A stretch of DNA of 64,000 bases, taken from IMG/VR virus record IMGVR_UViG_3300021364_000012, positions 1 to 64,000 of that record, one strand, 5' to 3'. Of this stretch, positions 54,071 to 63,052 are shown one piece after another. Numbering within the stretch: the first letter of the stretch is position 1; every line of letters begins with the position of its first letter. The notes beneath the pieces were generated by a model, which was given only the letters and a program-made list of their open reading frames with translations, ran no database searches and was not told the DNA's origin. Made by a program: the position numbers and the translations under genes. Source of the DNA: a virus.

Positions 54071-55360
54071 ATGAAAGCAGTCTTACTAGACACTTCTATT
54101 CTTATCCATGACCCTGAAAGTGTGAACGCATATGAGGATAAAAAAGTCCTCATACCTATCTTTGTCGTCATGGAACTCGACCTGCTTAAAGATGCCCCCA
54201 AAAGAGAAAAGGGACATGTGTCCCATCTCGCAAGAAAAGCATCTTCTATAATACTGTCGAAACTTGAAGAAGAAGATGAGAGTCTTGAGATCGTGTCTCT
54301 TGGAGACGAAATAAATCTGAAAGACCTAGACCAAGCAAGCAAAATCAGATATGTGGACTTGCTTATCTTACGCACAGCAATGGAGCAAAACGAGAAATAC
54401 GAAGACTTCACCGTTGTAAGTAAGGACGTAAACTTAAGGATCATAAGCGAGAGTGTTGGACTAAAGTCAGAAGACTACAATATTGATAGACCCGATAATC
54501 TGAATGTTGGGATGATTGAGGTAGTCCCTGACGATAGATTAGAGAAGATGATCCCCTCTTCTTATTGGCAAGGTGCGATAAGATACGATGACTCTATGGC
54601 TTACATAGGAGAACTGTACGAAAACAGATATGTCCACTTCGTCAGCCATACGACTGAAAAGACACACCTCTTTATCTACAAAGACGGCTCATTCAGTAAC
54701 GTCAACAAAAAACTCAAAGTCGAAAGAGCAAAGCCAAGAAATATCGAACAAGTAGCAAGTCTCGACCTTTTATTGGATCCAGAAATACAGCTAATAGCCC
54801 TTCTTGGTAAAGCAGGAACAGGTAAGACATTCTTAGCTCTAGCAGCTGCTCTTGAGCAACAAGCAAACTACAGTAAAATCTTACTGAGCAAGCCTGTTGT
54901 AGATGTAGGTAGAGGCATCGGCTTCCTTCCCGGAAGCCTAGACGAGAAACTAGAGCCTTGGATGCAGTCTTTCTTTGACAACCTCGATCAAATCAACCCT
55001 TATTGGGACGTGAGAAAATCTGAGGATGATCGTGGGGCGTTGATGGATAAGTGTAATATAGAGATACAACCCATCCACTCTATCCGAGGAAGATCACTTA
55101 AGAATGCGTTTATGATCATAGATGAAGCACAAAACCTCACTAAGCATGAAATAAAAAGCATCATCACAAGAGCGGCTGAAGGAACCAAAGTTGTTCTTCT
55201 AGGAGACCCGTACCAAATCGACCACCCCTACTTAGACTCGAAGTCAAATGGTCTTGTCCATGTCATAGAGAGAATGAAAGACCAACCTATTTTCGGTTGT
55301 ATGGAGCTACATAAGTCTGAAAGATCAACACTATCAGACATTACGGCAGACCTACTTTAA
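54071..55360 (+). CDS. phoH: PIN-PhoH protein (PhoH2/YlaK type)
   Basis: PIN 'LLDTSILIHDP...ELD...VSKDVNLR'; GKAGTGKT, RGRSL, IDEAQN, GDPYQID. Confidence 0.92.
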   Translation: MKAVLLDTSILIHDPESVNAYEDKKVLIPIFVVMELDLLKDAPKREKGHVSHLARKASSIILSKLEEEDESLEIVSLGDEINLKDLDQASKIRYVDLLILRTAMEQNEKYEDFTVVSKDVNLRIISESVGLKSEDYNIDRPDNLNVGMIEVVPDDRLEKMIPSSYWQGAIRYDDSMAYIGELYENRYVHFVSHTTEKTHLFIYKDGSFSNVNKKLKVERAKPRNIEQVASLDLLLDPEIQLIALLGKAGTGKTFLALAAALEQQANYSKILLSKPVVDVGRGIGFLPGSLDEKLEPWMQSFFDNLDQINPYWDVRKSEDDRGALMDKCNIEIQPIHSIRGRSLKNAFMIIDEAQNLTKHEIKSIITRAAEGTKVVLLGDPYQIDHPYLDSKSNGLVHVIERMKDQPIFGCMELHKSERSTLSDITADLL

Positions 55361-55999
55361 ACCGTAAAACCCTTCTTTTTTAAGGAACCTAGCGTAGTCT
55401 TCCTTTAACCAAGGGTGCTTAGAAACGTCATAGTTCAAGTCTAACTCTACGGTAAAATGGAAAGTATCGTAAAAGCCGTTAACTAACTTATCTTCCACAA
55501 TGTAACTGTATGAGGAGGAGCTAGAGACTCTTAAACTTTCCTCATACATATTCTGTACTTTGATTTGCCAGTTTTTAATAGTGGGCTTTAGTTGAAAGCT
55601 CCCCTCCACCAACGAGGTTCCTTTTAAGAAAACTTTTCCACCCACCTGTTCATACTTATAGTCTCCGAATGGTTTACAACCCTCAATTTGTAAGTCCTTA
55701 GACCCAAAAAGACCACAGAGCCACTTGTCTTTTAAGTGCTTTGGAATGTCGAACGTGTTTAAGAAACTCTTGTACTCAAAGAACAAATCATCGACTCCGT
55801 TGTGGAAGCAATGCGTATATTTAAAGATTGTTTCAATTCGAGGTTTAAAAATAGCATATAAATTTTTAATAACAAAGGAGCCGTGTATTACAGTAGGGTC
55901 TACACTGCCATCAGAGCGTATATTACGATAGTTTGCATTCTTCAAAGAAGCCCTACGGACGGCTTCAAAAAGTATGCGATTGTTCTCTGTGTTTCCCAT
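55352..55999 (-). CDS. Hypothetical protein
   Basis: ORF; probable start ATG 55999 with SD GAGG. Confidence 0.55.
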   Translation of the reverse strand: MGNTENNRILFEAVRRASLKNANYRNIRSDGSVDPTVIHGSFVIKNLYAIFKPRIETIFKYTHCFHNGVDDLFFEYKSFLNTFDIPKHLKDKWLCGLFGSKDLQIEGCKPFGDYKYEQVGGKVFLKGTSLVEGSFQLKPTIKNWQIKVQNMYEESLRVSSSSSYSYIVEDKLVNGFYDTFHFTVELDLNYDVSKHPWLKEDYARFLKKEGFYGLK

Positions 56000-56110
56000 A
56001 ACATACCCCTCAAACAAAAGTGAATATCTCGGTATAACATACACACATCAAAAGATACTCAGAATAGTAGCAAGACATAAGAAGCACCCTCCAACATAGA
56101 AATAAATGTA

Positions 56111-57394
56111 ATGTTACAAAGATACCAAGATCAAAGAATTAGTAAAATATTCAGCCAGAGAAAAAGAGTAGCAATCTTCACTCAAATAGAAGAAATAGTC
56201 TGCCTCTTTTATAGTACTAAAGAAGAAATGCCCGAGGAGGTCTATCTTTCACTGAGAAATATAGACCACGAACTCATCACAGAGAGAATGCCTGAACTAG
56301 AGCGACAAACAAAGCACGAAACAGTTGCCTATCTAAGAGCAATCTCTGAACAGATTGGAGAAGAAAACTCAAAGTACTTACACAAAGGACTAACTAGCTC
56401 TGATATTTTAGACACATGTCTCGCTCTCCAAATGAAAGAGAGCTTAGAACACTTGTTAGATTTAGTACAATCGTTCTTAGACACACTGAGGCACAAAGCT
56501 TGTGTCCACAAGCACACCAAAATGATAGGAAGATCACACGGAAGAGCTGGAGAAATAACTACCTTCGGACTCGTACTACTTTCTTTCTATACTGAATGGG
56601 CTAGAAACAAAGAACGAATTGAAATGGCATTGTCTGAAATAAGCTTCGGGTGTATTTCTGGACCTATGGGGAACTTCAGCTTAACTTCCCCAAAGCTCGA
56701 AGAAGAAATATGTAAGCATCTAGGACTCAAACATGAACCTGTTTCTAGTCAAGTAATCCCAAGAGACAGACACGCATTTTTGTCCTGTGTCCTTTCTTTA
56801 GTTGGTGCTTCCCTAGAAAGAATTTCTACCGAAATTAGAAATCTCAGCCAATCTGGAATAGATGAAATATCAGAGAAATTCTCAGACAAGCAAGCAGGAA
56901 GCTCTGCGATGCCTCACAAAGTGAATCCTATATTGTCTGAAAATGTAACAGGATTGGGCAGATTACTAAAAGGATATGTCTCTCCAAGTTTAGATAACGT
57001 ATCTCTTTGGTATCAAAGAGACATGAGCCACTCTTCGGTAGAAAGAGTAACCATAGAAGACTCTCTCCATCTAGCGTGTTTTGGGATAAAAAGAATGGAG
57101 AAAGTCATTAAAAACATGACGGTTTATTCTGAGAACATGCGAAGAAATATAAACCGAGAGAAAGGTTCATTTCTTTCCCACAGCATACTCTATTATCTAA
57201 TGGATCGTGGGTATGGTAGGAAAGAAGCCTATGAGATCACTCAAGAGCTTACGAAAGAAGAAAACAACTTGATTGAGACTCTGAACAAGCTAAAAGACAC
57301 ATACTTCACTAGCGAAGAAATTGAGAACATAGTCAGCGAAGAAAAGTACATCTCTAATGTAGACTACATCTTCAAAAGAACACTAGGAGGCTGA
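56111..57394 (+). CDS. purB: Adenylosuccinate lyase
   Basis: H.GLTSSD, GRSHG, GSSAMPHKVNP..SE, RDMSHSSVER. Confidence 0.95.
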   Translation: MLQRYQDQRISKIFSQRKRVAIFTQIEEIVCLFYSTKEEMPEEVYLSLRNIDHELITERMPELERQTKHETVAYLRAISEQIGEENSKYLHKGLTSSDILDTCLALQMKESLEHLLDLVQSFLDTLRHKACVHKHTKMIGRSHGRAGEITTFGLVLLSFYTEWARNKERIEMALSEISFGCISGPMGNFSLTSPKLEEEICKHLGLKHEPVSSQVIPRDRHAFLSCVLSLVGASLERISTEIRNLSQSGIDEISEKFSDKQAGSSAMPHKVNPILSENVTGLGRLLKGYVSPSLDNVSLWYQRDMSHSSVERVTIEDSLHLACFGIKRMEKVIKNMTVYSENMRRNINREKGSFLSHSILYYLMDRGYGRKEAYEITQELTKEENNLIETLNKLKDTYFTSEEIENIVSEEKYISNVDYIFKRTLGG

Positions 57395-57396
57395 AA

Positions 57397-58452
57397 ATGC
57401 GTATGGAAAACGAGTTGAAGCTAGACTTCAAAGATGTCCTTTTCAAACCTAAGAGGTCTACTCTTACTTCAAGAAGAGAAGTCAATCTCGATAGGTCATT
57501 TAAGTTGAAATGGTCTAATAGGACTTGGAAAGGGATACCCATAGTAGCTTCAAACATGGATACAGTAGCCACTTTTGAAGCTGGGAAAGTTCTCACTAAT
57601 CTTAATATGATGATCTGCTTGCACAAGCACTACACCGAAGCAGAGTATGTTAAGATATATGAATGGGTCTGCGAAAGAGGAGGAGATTTCTCGCAACATT
57701 GGGCTTATTCTATGGGAATATCAGACGCAGAGTTTGATCGCCTAAGAAGCATCCAATCTCTAACAGAAAACGCAATCTCCACCATCTGCATTGATGTGGC
57801 GAACGGATACACTGAGAGATTTATCAATTTTGTCTCTAAAGTGAGAAGAGAGTACCCTGACAATATAATTATCGCAGGAAATGTCGTAACCGCTGAAATA
57901 ACAGAACAGTTAATCTTAGCAGGTGCAGACATTGTTAAGGTTGGAATCGGGTCAGGCTCCGCCTGTACCACTAGAATACAAGCAGGTGTGGGATTTCCCC
58001 AACTTTCAGCCGTCATAGAGTGTGCAGATGCCGCACATGGTCTTGGAGGACGTATCATGTCCGATGGGGGGTGTACTTGTGCAGGAGATGTGTCTAAAGC
58101 CTTTGGAGGTGGAGCAGATTTCGTAATGCTTGGAGGTATGCTCGCAGGGCATACAGAGAACCTCAGATTAAACGAAGAGGGCAAAGCAGTCTTCTATGGT
58201 ATGTCGTCTAGTACAGCTATGGAGAAATATCACGGAGGCGTGAGCAGTTACAGGTCTTCTGAAGGACGCACAGTGACACTCAACCCAAGAGGACCTTTAA
58301 AAGACACAATGCTAGAAATACTCGGCGGTGTTCGATCTACATGTACCTATATTGGAGCAAAAGAACTTAGAGAGCTGAGTAAATGCACAACATTCATTCG
58401 AGTACTTCAGCAATACAACCCCGTATATGAAGCACAGACAAAGGAGAAATAA
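57397..58452 (+). CDS. guaC: GMP reductase (type 1)
   Basis: KLDFKDVL..PKRSTL.SR, IDVANGY, KVGIGSGSACTTR, FYGMSS, YRSSEG. Confidence 0.95.
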   Translation: MRMENELKLDFKDVLFKPKRSTLTSRREVNLDRSFKLKWSNRTWKGIPIVASNMDTVATFEAGKVLTNLNMMICLHKHYTEAEYVKIYEWVCERGGDFSQHWAYSMGISDAEFDRLRSIQSLTENAISTICIDVANGYTERFINFVSKVRREYPDNIIIAGNVVTAEITEQLILAGADIVKVGIGSGSACTTRIQAGVGFPQLSAVIECADAAHGLGGRIMSDGGCTCAGDVSKAFGGGADFVMLGGMLAGHTENLRLNEEGKAVFYGMSSSTAMEKYHGGVSSYRSSEGRTVTLNPRGPLKDTMLEILGGVRSTCTYIGAKELRELSKCTTFIRVLQQYNPVYEAQTKEK

Positions 58453-58453
58453 G

Positions 58454-59629
58454 ATGAGCACCGTTGCAGTTATCGGAACACAGTGGGGTGACGAAGGTAA
58501 AGGTAAGATCGTAGACACTATTTCTGAAAGCTCGAACTACTGTGTAAGATTCCAAGGCGGTTCAAACGCAGGACACACAATCATAGCCAACAATAAAACA
58601 TTCAAATTAAGATTGACCCCAAGCGGAGTGATACAAGGAGCAATCGGAATCGTAGGGTCAGGTTGTGTTGTAAACTTAGATGTCCTTGAACAAGAAATAA
58701 CGAGCCTTGAACTCCCAAAAGAAAAGCTTTTGTTAGACAACAAGAGCACTTTAATCCTCCCCCTCTATTTAAGAATAGACTCGGAGAGAGAAGAGAAGAG
58801 AAATAAACCTATCGGCACAACAAAGAACGGTATTGGAGTTGCCTACGAACAAAAAGCATCTCGAAGTGCTTTTAGAGCAGAAGACCTAAAAAACCCTAGT
58901 GTTTGGGTAGACAAAGCAAGAGGTGTCGTAACTAGATATTTCTCAGACAAAGAAACAATAAACAGAGAGGTTGACGAAATCATAACACACCTCTCACACC
59001 ACGCATCTTTCTTCAAAGAGAGAATTAAAGACACAGGGGAAATCCTCCACCAAGCATTTCTTAGGGAGGAAAGAGTAGTCATAGAAGGTGCTCAAGGCAC
59101 TCTCTTAGACATAACTCACGGCACATATCCTTTCGTCACAAGCTCCACAACTATTTCTGGAGGAATAAGTGCTGGAATAGGATGTGCCCTACCAAGAAAC
59201 TCTGAAATTATCGGAGTAACAAAAGCCTATTGTACTAGAGTTGGTGCAGGTGAGTTCCCTTCTGAAGAAGAGGGAGAGATTGAAAAACTGCTACAAACAA
59301 AAGGTAAAGAAATAGGTGTGGTGACAGGAAGAAGAAGAAGATGTGGCTGGCTTAATCTTGACGAGCTAAAGTACGCCCACAGGCTTAATGGGTTCACACA
59401 AATCGCTATTACAAAAGTAGATGTATTAGACGACTTCGAGCAAGTCAAAGTCTTAGTAAATGGCGAATTAGTTGCTTTTGAGGGTTGGGAAAACAGCTCA
59501 AACGCTACAAGCTATAGCGACTTACACCCCAACTTGAAGAAATACCTCTCATATATCGAAGGTCAAGTGGGAGTGAAAATAGGAATAGTCTCAACAGGAC
59601 CAAGAAGAGAAGACACTATTTTCGTCTAA
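58454..59629 (+). CDS. purA: Adenylosuccinate synthetase
   Basis: QWGDEGKGK, NAGHT, IGTT..GIG, EGAQG, GTYPFVTSS, TRVG.G, TGRRRRCGW. Confidence 0.95.
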   Translation: MSTVAVIGTQWGDEGKGKIVDTISESSNYCVRFQGGSNAGHTIIANNKTFKLRLTPSGVIQGAIGIVGSGCVVNLDVLEQEITSLELPKEKLLLDNKSTLILPLYLRIDSEREEKRNKPIGTTKNGIGVAYEQKASRSAFRAEDLKNPSVWVDKARGVVTRYFSDKETINREVDEIITHLSHHASFFKERIKDTGEILHQAFLREERVVIEGAQGTLLDITHGTYPFVTSSTTISGGISAGIGCALPRNSEIIGVTKAYCTRVGAGEFPSEEEGEIEKLLQTKGKEIGVVTGRRRRCGWLNLDELKYAHRLNGFTQIAITKVDVLDDFEQVKVLVNGELVAFEGWENSSNATSYSDLHPNLKKYLSYIEGQVGVKIGIVSTGPRREDTIFV

Positions 59630-59913
59630 GAATAGAACAGAGTCTTCAAAAGAAAAAATGGGATTTGACTTTCATTGAAAGAGGAGCCATCGACGCTCAA
59701 CTCGATTTCGTAAAGGTCTTCGCCCTCAAGAGGAGAAGAGAAAAACACACTCTTGTATTTCTCGGTACGGTACTCGCCTCTCACCCAAATATGATCCGCT
59801 TTAAGAACCCATACTTCATTGATGAGATCATAGAAATCTTTAAAGACCCTAGTTGATATAATATATCTGCCTTTTTGTGTGACAGATATAAAGGTGCAAG
59901 TATATTCAGACAT
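59626..59913 (-). CDS. Hypothetical protein
   Basis: Start at ATG 59913 with SD AGGAGG. Confidence 0.5.
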   Translation of the reverse strand: MSEYTCTFISVTQKGRYIISTRVFKDFYDLINEVWVLKADHIWVRGEYRTEKYKSVFFSSPLEGEDLYEIELSVDGSSFNESQIPFFLLKTLFYS

Positions 59914-60165
59914 CTCAAACCTCCTAAAAAAGAGATAGGAATAGTGCGAAATATCCAAACAAAGTAAAAAACAACATCTCAGGCAAATGCTCTTTAAACT
60001 GTATCTCTGTCTTCCCTGCACAGTTCTTATGAAAAACACTTCGAGCACGAAGGAAACATGCAACAGAGACTAGAGCACAGTAAACCTTTAACATTTGAAA
60101 CCCCAATCATTTCCTATATTTCACTTCAAGCTATCTCTAAGAAATAGCTACAGATAAACGAAATA

Positions 60166-60909
60166 TTAATCTAAGGGTGGAATCTTCCCATGCTTCACAA
60201 GATTCGCATGAGCAAGAGGCCACACTTTTTCAATCTGCCTAGAAATCTCCCGAGCTAAAATCTTAATCTCCCATTGTGCGTCCTCATGGTCACGCTTGGC
60301 GATGAAGCTGTTAGCCCAATTATGGAGCGAACCCGTACACCAATAGGTGGCATAAAGGTTCTGAGGTAAAATCATCCTAGCTTGCTCTCTCGCAACACCT
60401 AGCTCCACCATTTGATCAAAAAGACGTACAGAATCTTTAACATGATTCTTAACCGCAGAAACAGCATCTAGTCTTAGGAACTTCGGATATTCATATGGGT
60501 CGTACTCAATCGTAGGATTGAAAGTCTCGTCAAGGCTCGCTTGACGATTCTTAACGTCTTGCTTTCTCATCTCAGAAGGAAGATAAAACTCCAACTTCTC
60601 AGAAGTATATCTACGAGAAATCTCGTTAAAAGAAAAAGTGCGATGTCTCATGTGTTGTCGAGCAACAAACATCGGAACCTTTATCCAAAAAGTAATAACA
60701 TTATGCTCGGTAGTTGAAGTATGACCGCTTCGGATAAGGAAGTTTGAAAGTCGCTCTTCACGCTCACCCATCTCAGTGCTGACTTGATCGAGACTAGCCC
60801 GAGCCGCATTGACGATGGTTAGGTCATCGCCCATATGCTGAATGAGGGCAACCCCTCCAATCCCATCACCATAAATGGGAACCATATTTTCTCTGAAATC
60901 TTTTGCCAT
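60166..60909 (-). CDS. thyX: Flavin-dependent thymidylate synthase
   Basis: RQHMRHR.FSFNEISRRY motif; REQAR.ILP; AQWEI. Confidence 0.95.
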   Translation of the reverse strand: MAKDFRENMVPIYGDGIGGVALIQHMGDDLTIVNAARASLDQVSTEMGEREERLSNFLIRSGHTSTTEHNVITFWIKVPMFVARQHMRHRTFSFNEISRRYTSEKLEFYLPSEMRKQDVKNRQASLDETFNPTIEYDPYEYPKFLRLDAVSAVKNHVKDSVRLFDQMVELGVAREQARMILPQNLYATYWCTGSLHNWANSFIAKRDHEDAQWEIKILAREISRQIEKVWPLAHANLVKHGKIPPLD

Positions 60910-61002
60910 GTAGATTGCCTTTCAAAAACTTGAGCACAAGAAGATATACCGAAAAAGCTATATTGTTTTTTGCTCAATTTGACTAGCACTCTACACAAAA
61001 AA

Positions 61003-61524
61003 TTAAACTTCAGAGTCTCCTTCTTTTTCTTCTCCGTCCCACTCTATTTCCACCTTCTCTTCTTTATCTTTATTATCTTTTGGGTTGATCCATTGACTGA
61101 CCACACCTTTAAGCTGAACTTGATCTTCTGTCCTAGTCTTAATGACAGTCTCCCCCTTAAACACGGAGAGCTTGTCTATCACAGCAGACTGAAGCTCAAA
61201 GATTTGCTCTCTAAGCAGTTGCATTTGTATCTGTGCATCCCTCAAACGGGCTATTAGAGCTTCACGATCTCCATTGGCGTTAGCCAACTTGTCTTTAAGC
61301 TCTTCTACTTCTGAAGGGTCTCTACCCGAAGCTATCGCAAGCATCGAAGAAATACTACCCGTAAGCATACCTATTATTCCAATAAGAATGTCTCGGTTCT
61401 CCTCCACAATCTTTGTGGTAGATAAAAAATAAATCAACTCACAGATAGCCAACATAAAGACGACACTAGCCCACCACCCTCTCTTGGCTTTTTCTGACTG
61501 TGTGAACTGTTTGTTTGTGCTCAT
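61003..61524 (-). CDS. 2-TM membrane protein with C-terminal coiled coil
   Basis: Two TM segments, then heptads; ATGA overlap with the cyclase stop codon. Confidence 0.7.
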   Translation of the reverse strand: MSTNKQFTQSEKAKRGWWASVVFMLAICELIYFLSTTKIVEENRDILIGIIGMLTGSISSMLAIASGRDPSEVEELKDKLANANGDREALIARLRDAQIQMQLLREQIFELQSAVIDKLSVFKGETVIKTRTEDQVQLKGVVSQWINPKDNKDKEEKVEIEWDGEEKEGDSEV

Positions 61525-62381
61525 TTCCTACCTCTCTTCTTAGGTTTCTTTTCCTCTTTTTGATTAAAAATATATTCTATGAAAGCGTCATACTCAGGCA
61601 TGTAATAAGGAAGACCAATCCAAGTCCTCACCATTGGTCTCAAAGACATTTGAAATAAAAAATAGAGAATAAAAACAAGCTCAACTATGGCAAGTCTCCA
61701 AATAAACCACCAAAACCAATCCAACAACTTACGATCTCTAGCTCTTTTCTTTATATACTTCGGACCTCCAAGTCTTTTGACTTTCTCTGAACCTGGAGGA
61801 GGCTGTAGCGATTCGATGGTTTGCCCTACCGCATATATTTCTTGAGGTGAAGAAACGCCCTTAAATTTATACATGCCTACACAGACATATCTTGTGTTTT
61901 TTGGTGTGAACTGATTTGTTCTATTTCTTATAACTTGAAAAGCCTCTTTAGTCAGAAGAACCTGACCTGCTTGACATAAAGACATAGTTCGAGCGGCGAT
62001 ATTCTTAGAAAGACCCTCCAACTCAACTCTCTTAGCTCCCACACCAACATAAAGATCATCTTGCTGTACTTCTATGACTTTCCCCCAATGAACTCCAATC
62101 CTTGTGTTCAGCTTAACTTTTTTAGGGATTGTTTCTTGGTACGCCAAAGCGAAATTTACTGCGTCTATTACTCTTTCAAAAGAAAGAAGAAAACCGTCAG
62201 ACCTGTCTATTTCTCTACCATCATACTTATATACAAGAGAGCGAGCGAGTCGATCATGGACTTGAAACCACTGTGCGGCAACCTTTGCACCTGCTCTTTG
62301 AACAAATGCGGTAGAGCCAATTATGTCTAAAAGAACAATCGCTAAGTATCGCTCTTTCATTACTATTCCATGATGTGACAT
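61521..62381 (-). CDS. Class III nucleotidyl (adenylate/guanylate-like) cyclase with C-terminal TM
   Basis: LLDIIGST, SDGF, RIGVHWG, NIAAR, GQVLL, FKG motifs. Confidence 0.85.
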   Translation of the reverse strand: MSHHGIVMKERYLAIVLLDIIGSTAFVQRAGAKVAAQWFQVHDRLARSLVYKYDGREIDRSDGFLLSFERVIDAVNFALAYQETIPKKVKLNTRIGVHWGKVIEVQQDDLYVGVGAKRVELEGLSKNIAARTMSLCQAGQVLLTKEAFQVIRNRTNQFTPKNTRYVCVGMYKFKGVSSPQEIYAVGQTIESLQPPPGSEKVKRLGGPKYIKKRARDRKLLDWFWWFIWRLAIVELVFILYFLFQMSLRPMVRTWIGLPYYMPEYDAFIEYIFNQKEEKKPKKRGRK

Positions 62382-62437
62382 TTCTCATCTCAACTTAATA
62401 CAAGAGCAATCTCCCCTTCAGACATGAAAGAAATAGC

Positions 62438-62977
62438 TTAAACTTTAAGAGGATTCCCATCGTCGTCAAAAAGACGCTCAATGTCGTATGTGCCGTCTTC
62501 CGCCAACTTAACCGTCCAAAGGTCTTTCGTTGACTTGTGTACAAGATCACCCGACTGTGCTCCTGTCAGCATTGTATTAGACAAGAGGGAAGGACCTGAG
62601 AGAACGATGAAATCTTCAAGACCTGCTACTTTTTTAGAAGCAATTCTTAAGAAATCAGGAGATACGCAATGCACCTTATCTCCCTTACCATCCCACTGAA
62701 TGAAGATACCCTTCTCAAAATGAGTAACCTCTCCACTTGCAGTCCTCACTTTGACTACAGTCCCTTTAGTACCAGAAATAGGAAGATCGTTCGGGATCAG
62801 TAGACCATTGTTCGTGTTAGCTACAACACGAACACCCTCTACAAAATCTTTTACTTTTTCTGAACTCAACTTCTCTCTTGTTCGGTCTACTAAAGCACTA
62901 ACACTTGGCGTATTAAGACACTCATCCAAGCTAGATGTTTTAGAACTTGAAAAAGAAAAATCATCTATAAAGCTCAT
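62438..62977 (-). CDS. Hypothetical protein with SH3/KOW-like core and RTAS/RIAS junctions (possible head protein)
   Basis: 'GTKGTVVKV...IQWDG'; motif variant TTGTTTTTTTAT at 63023-63034. Confidence 0.55.
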   Translation of the reverse strand: MSFIDDFSFSSSKTSSLDECLNTPSVSALVDRTREKLSSEKVKDFVEGVRVVANTNNGLLIPNDLPISGTKGTVVKVRTASGEVTHFEKGIFIQWDGKGDKVHCVSPDFLRIASKKVAGLEDFIVLSGPSLLSNTMLTGAQSGDLVHKSTKDLWTVKLAEDGTYDIERLFDDDGNPLKV

Positions 62978-63052
62978 AGTGGTTACTCCTTGTACTTCTT
63001 ATATGTATAAGAAAAGTGAAATATAAAAAAACAAAAGAAAAGGAAGTGGACA

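Noticed and set aside
58454-59629. PurZ / Z-genome (2-aminoadenine) pathway
   Set aside because: The enzyme has the canonical PurA GDEGKG Asp and sits with purB and guaC; PurZ has Ser at this position, and no datZ or mazZ was seen
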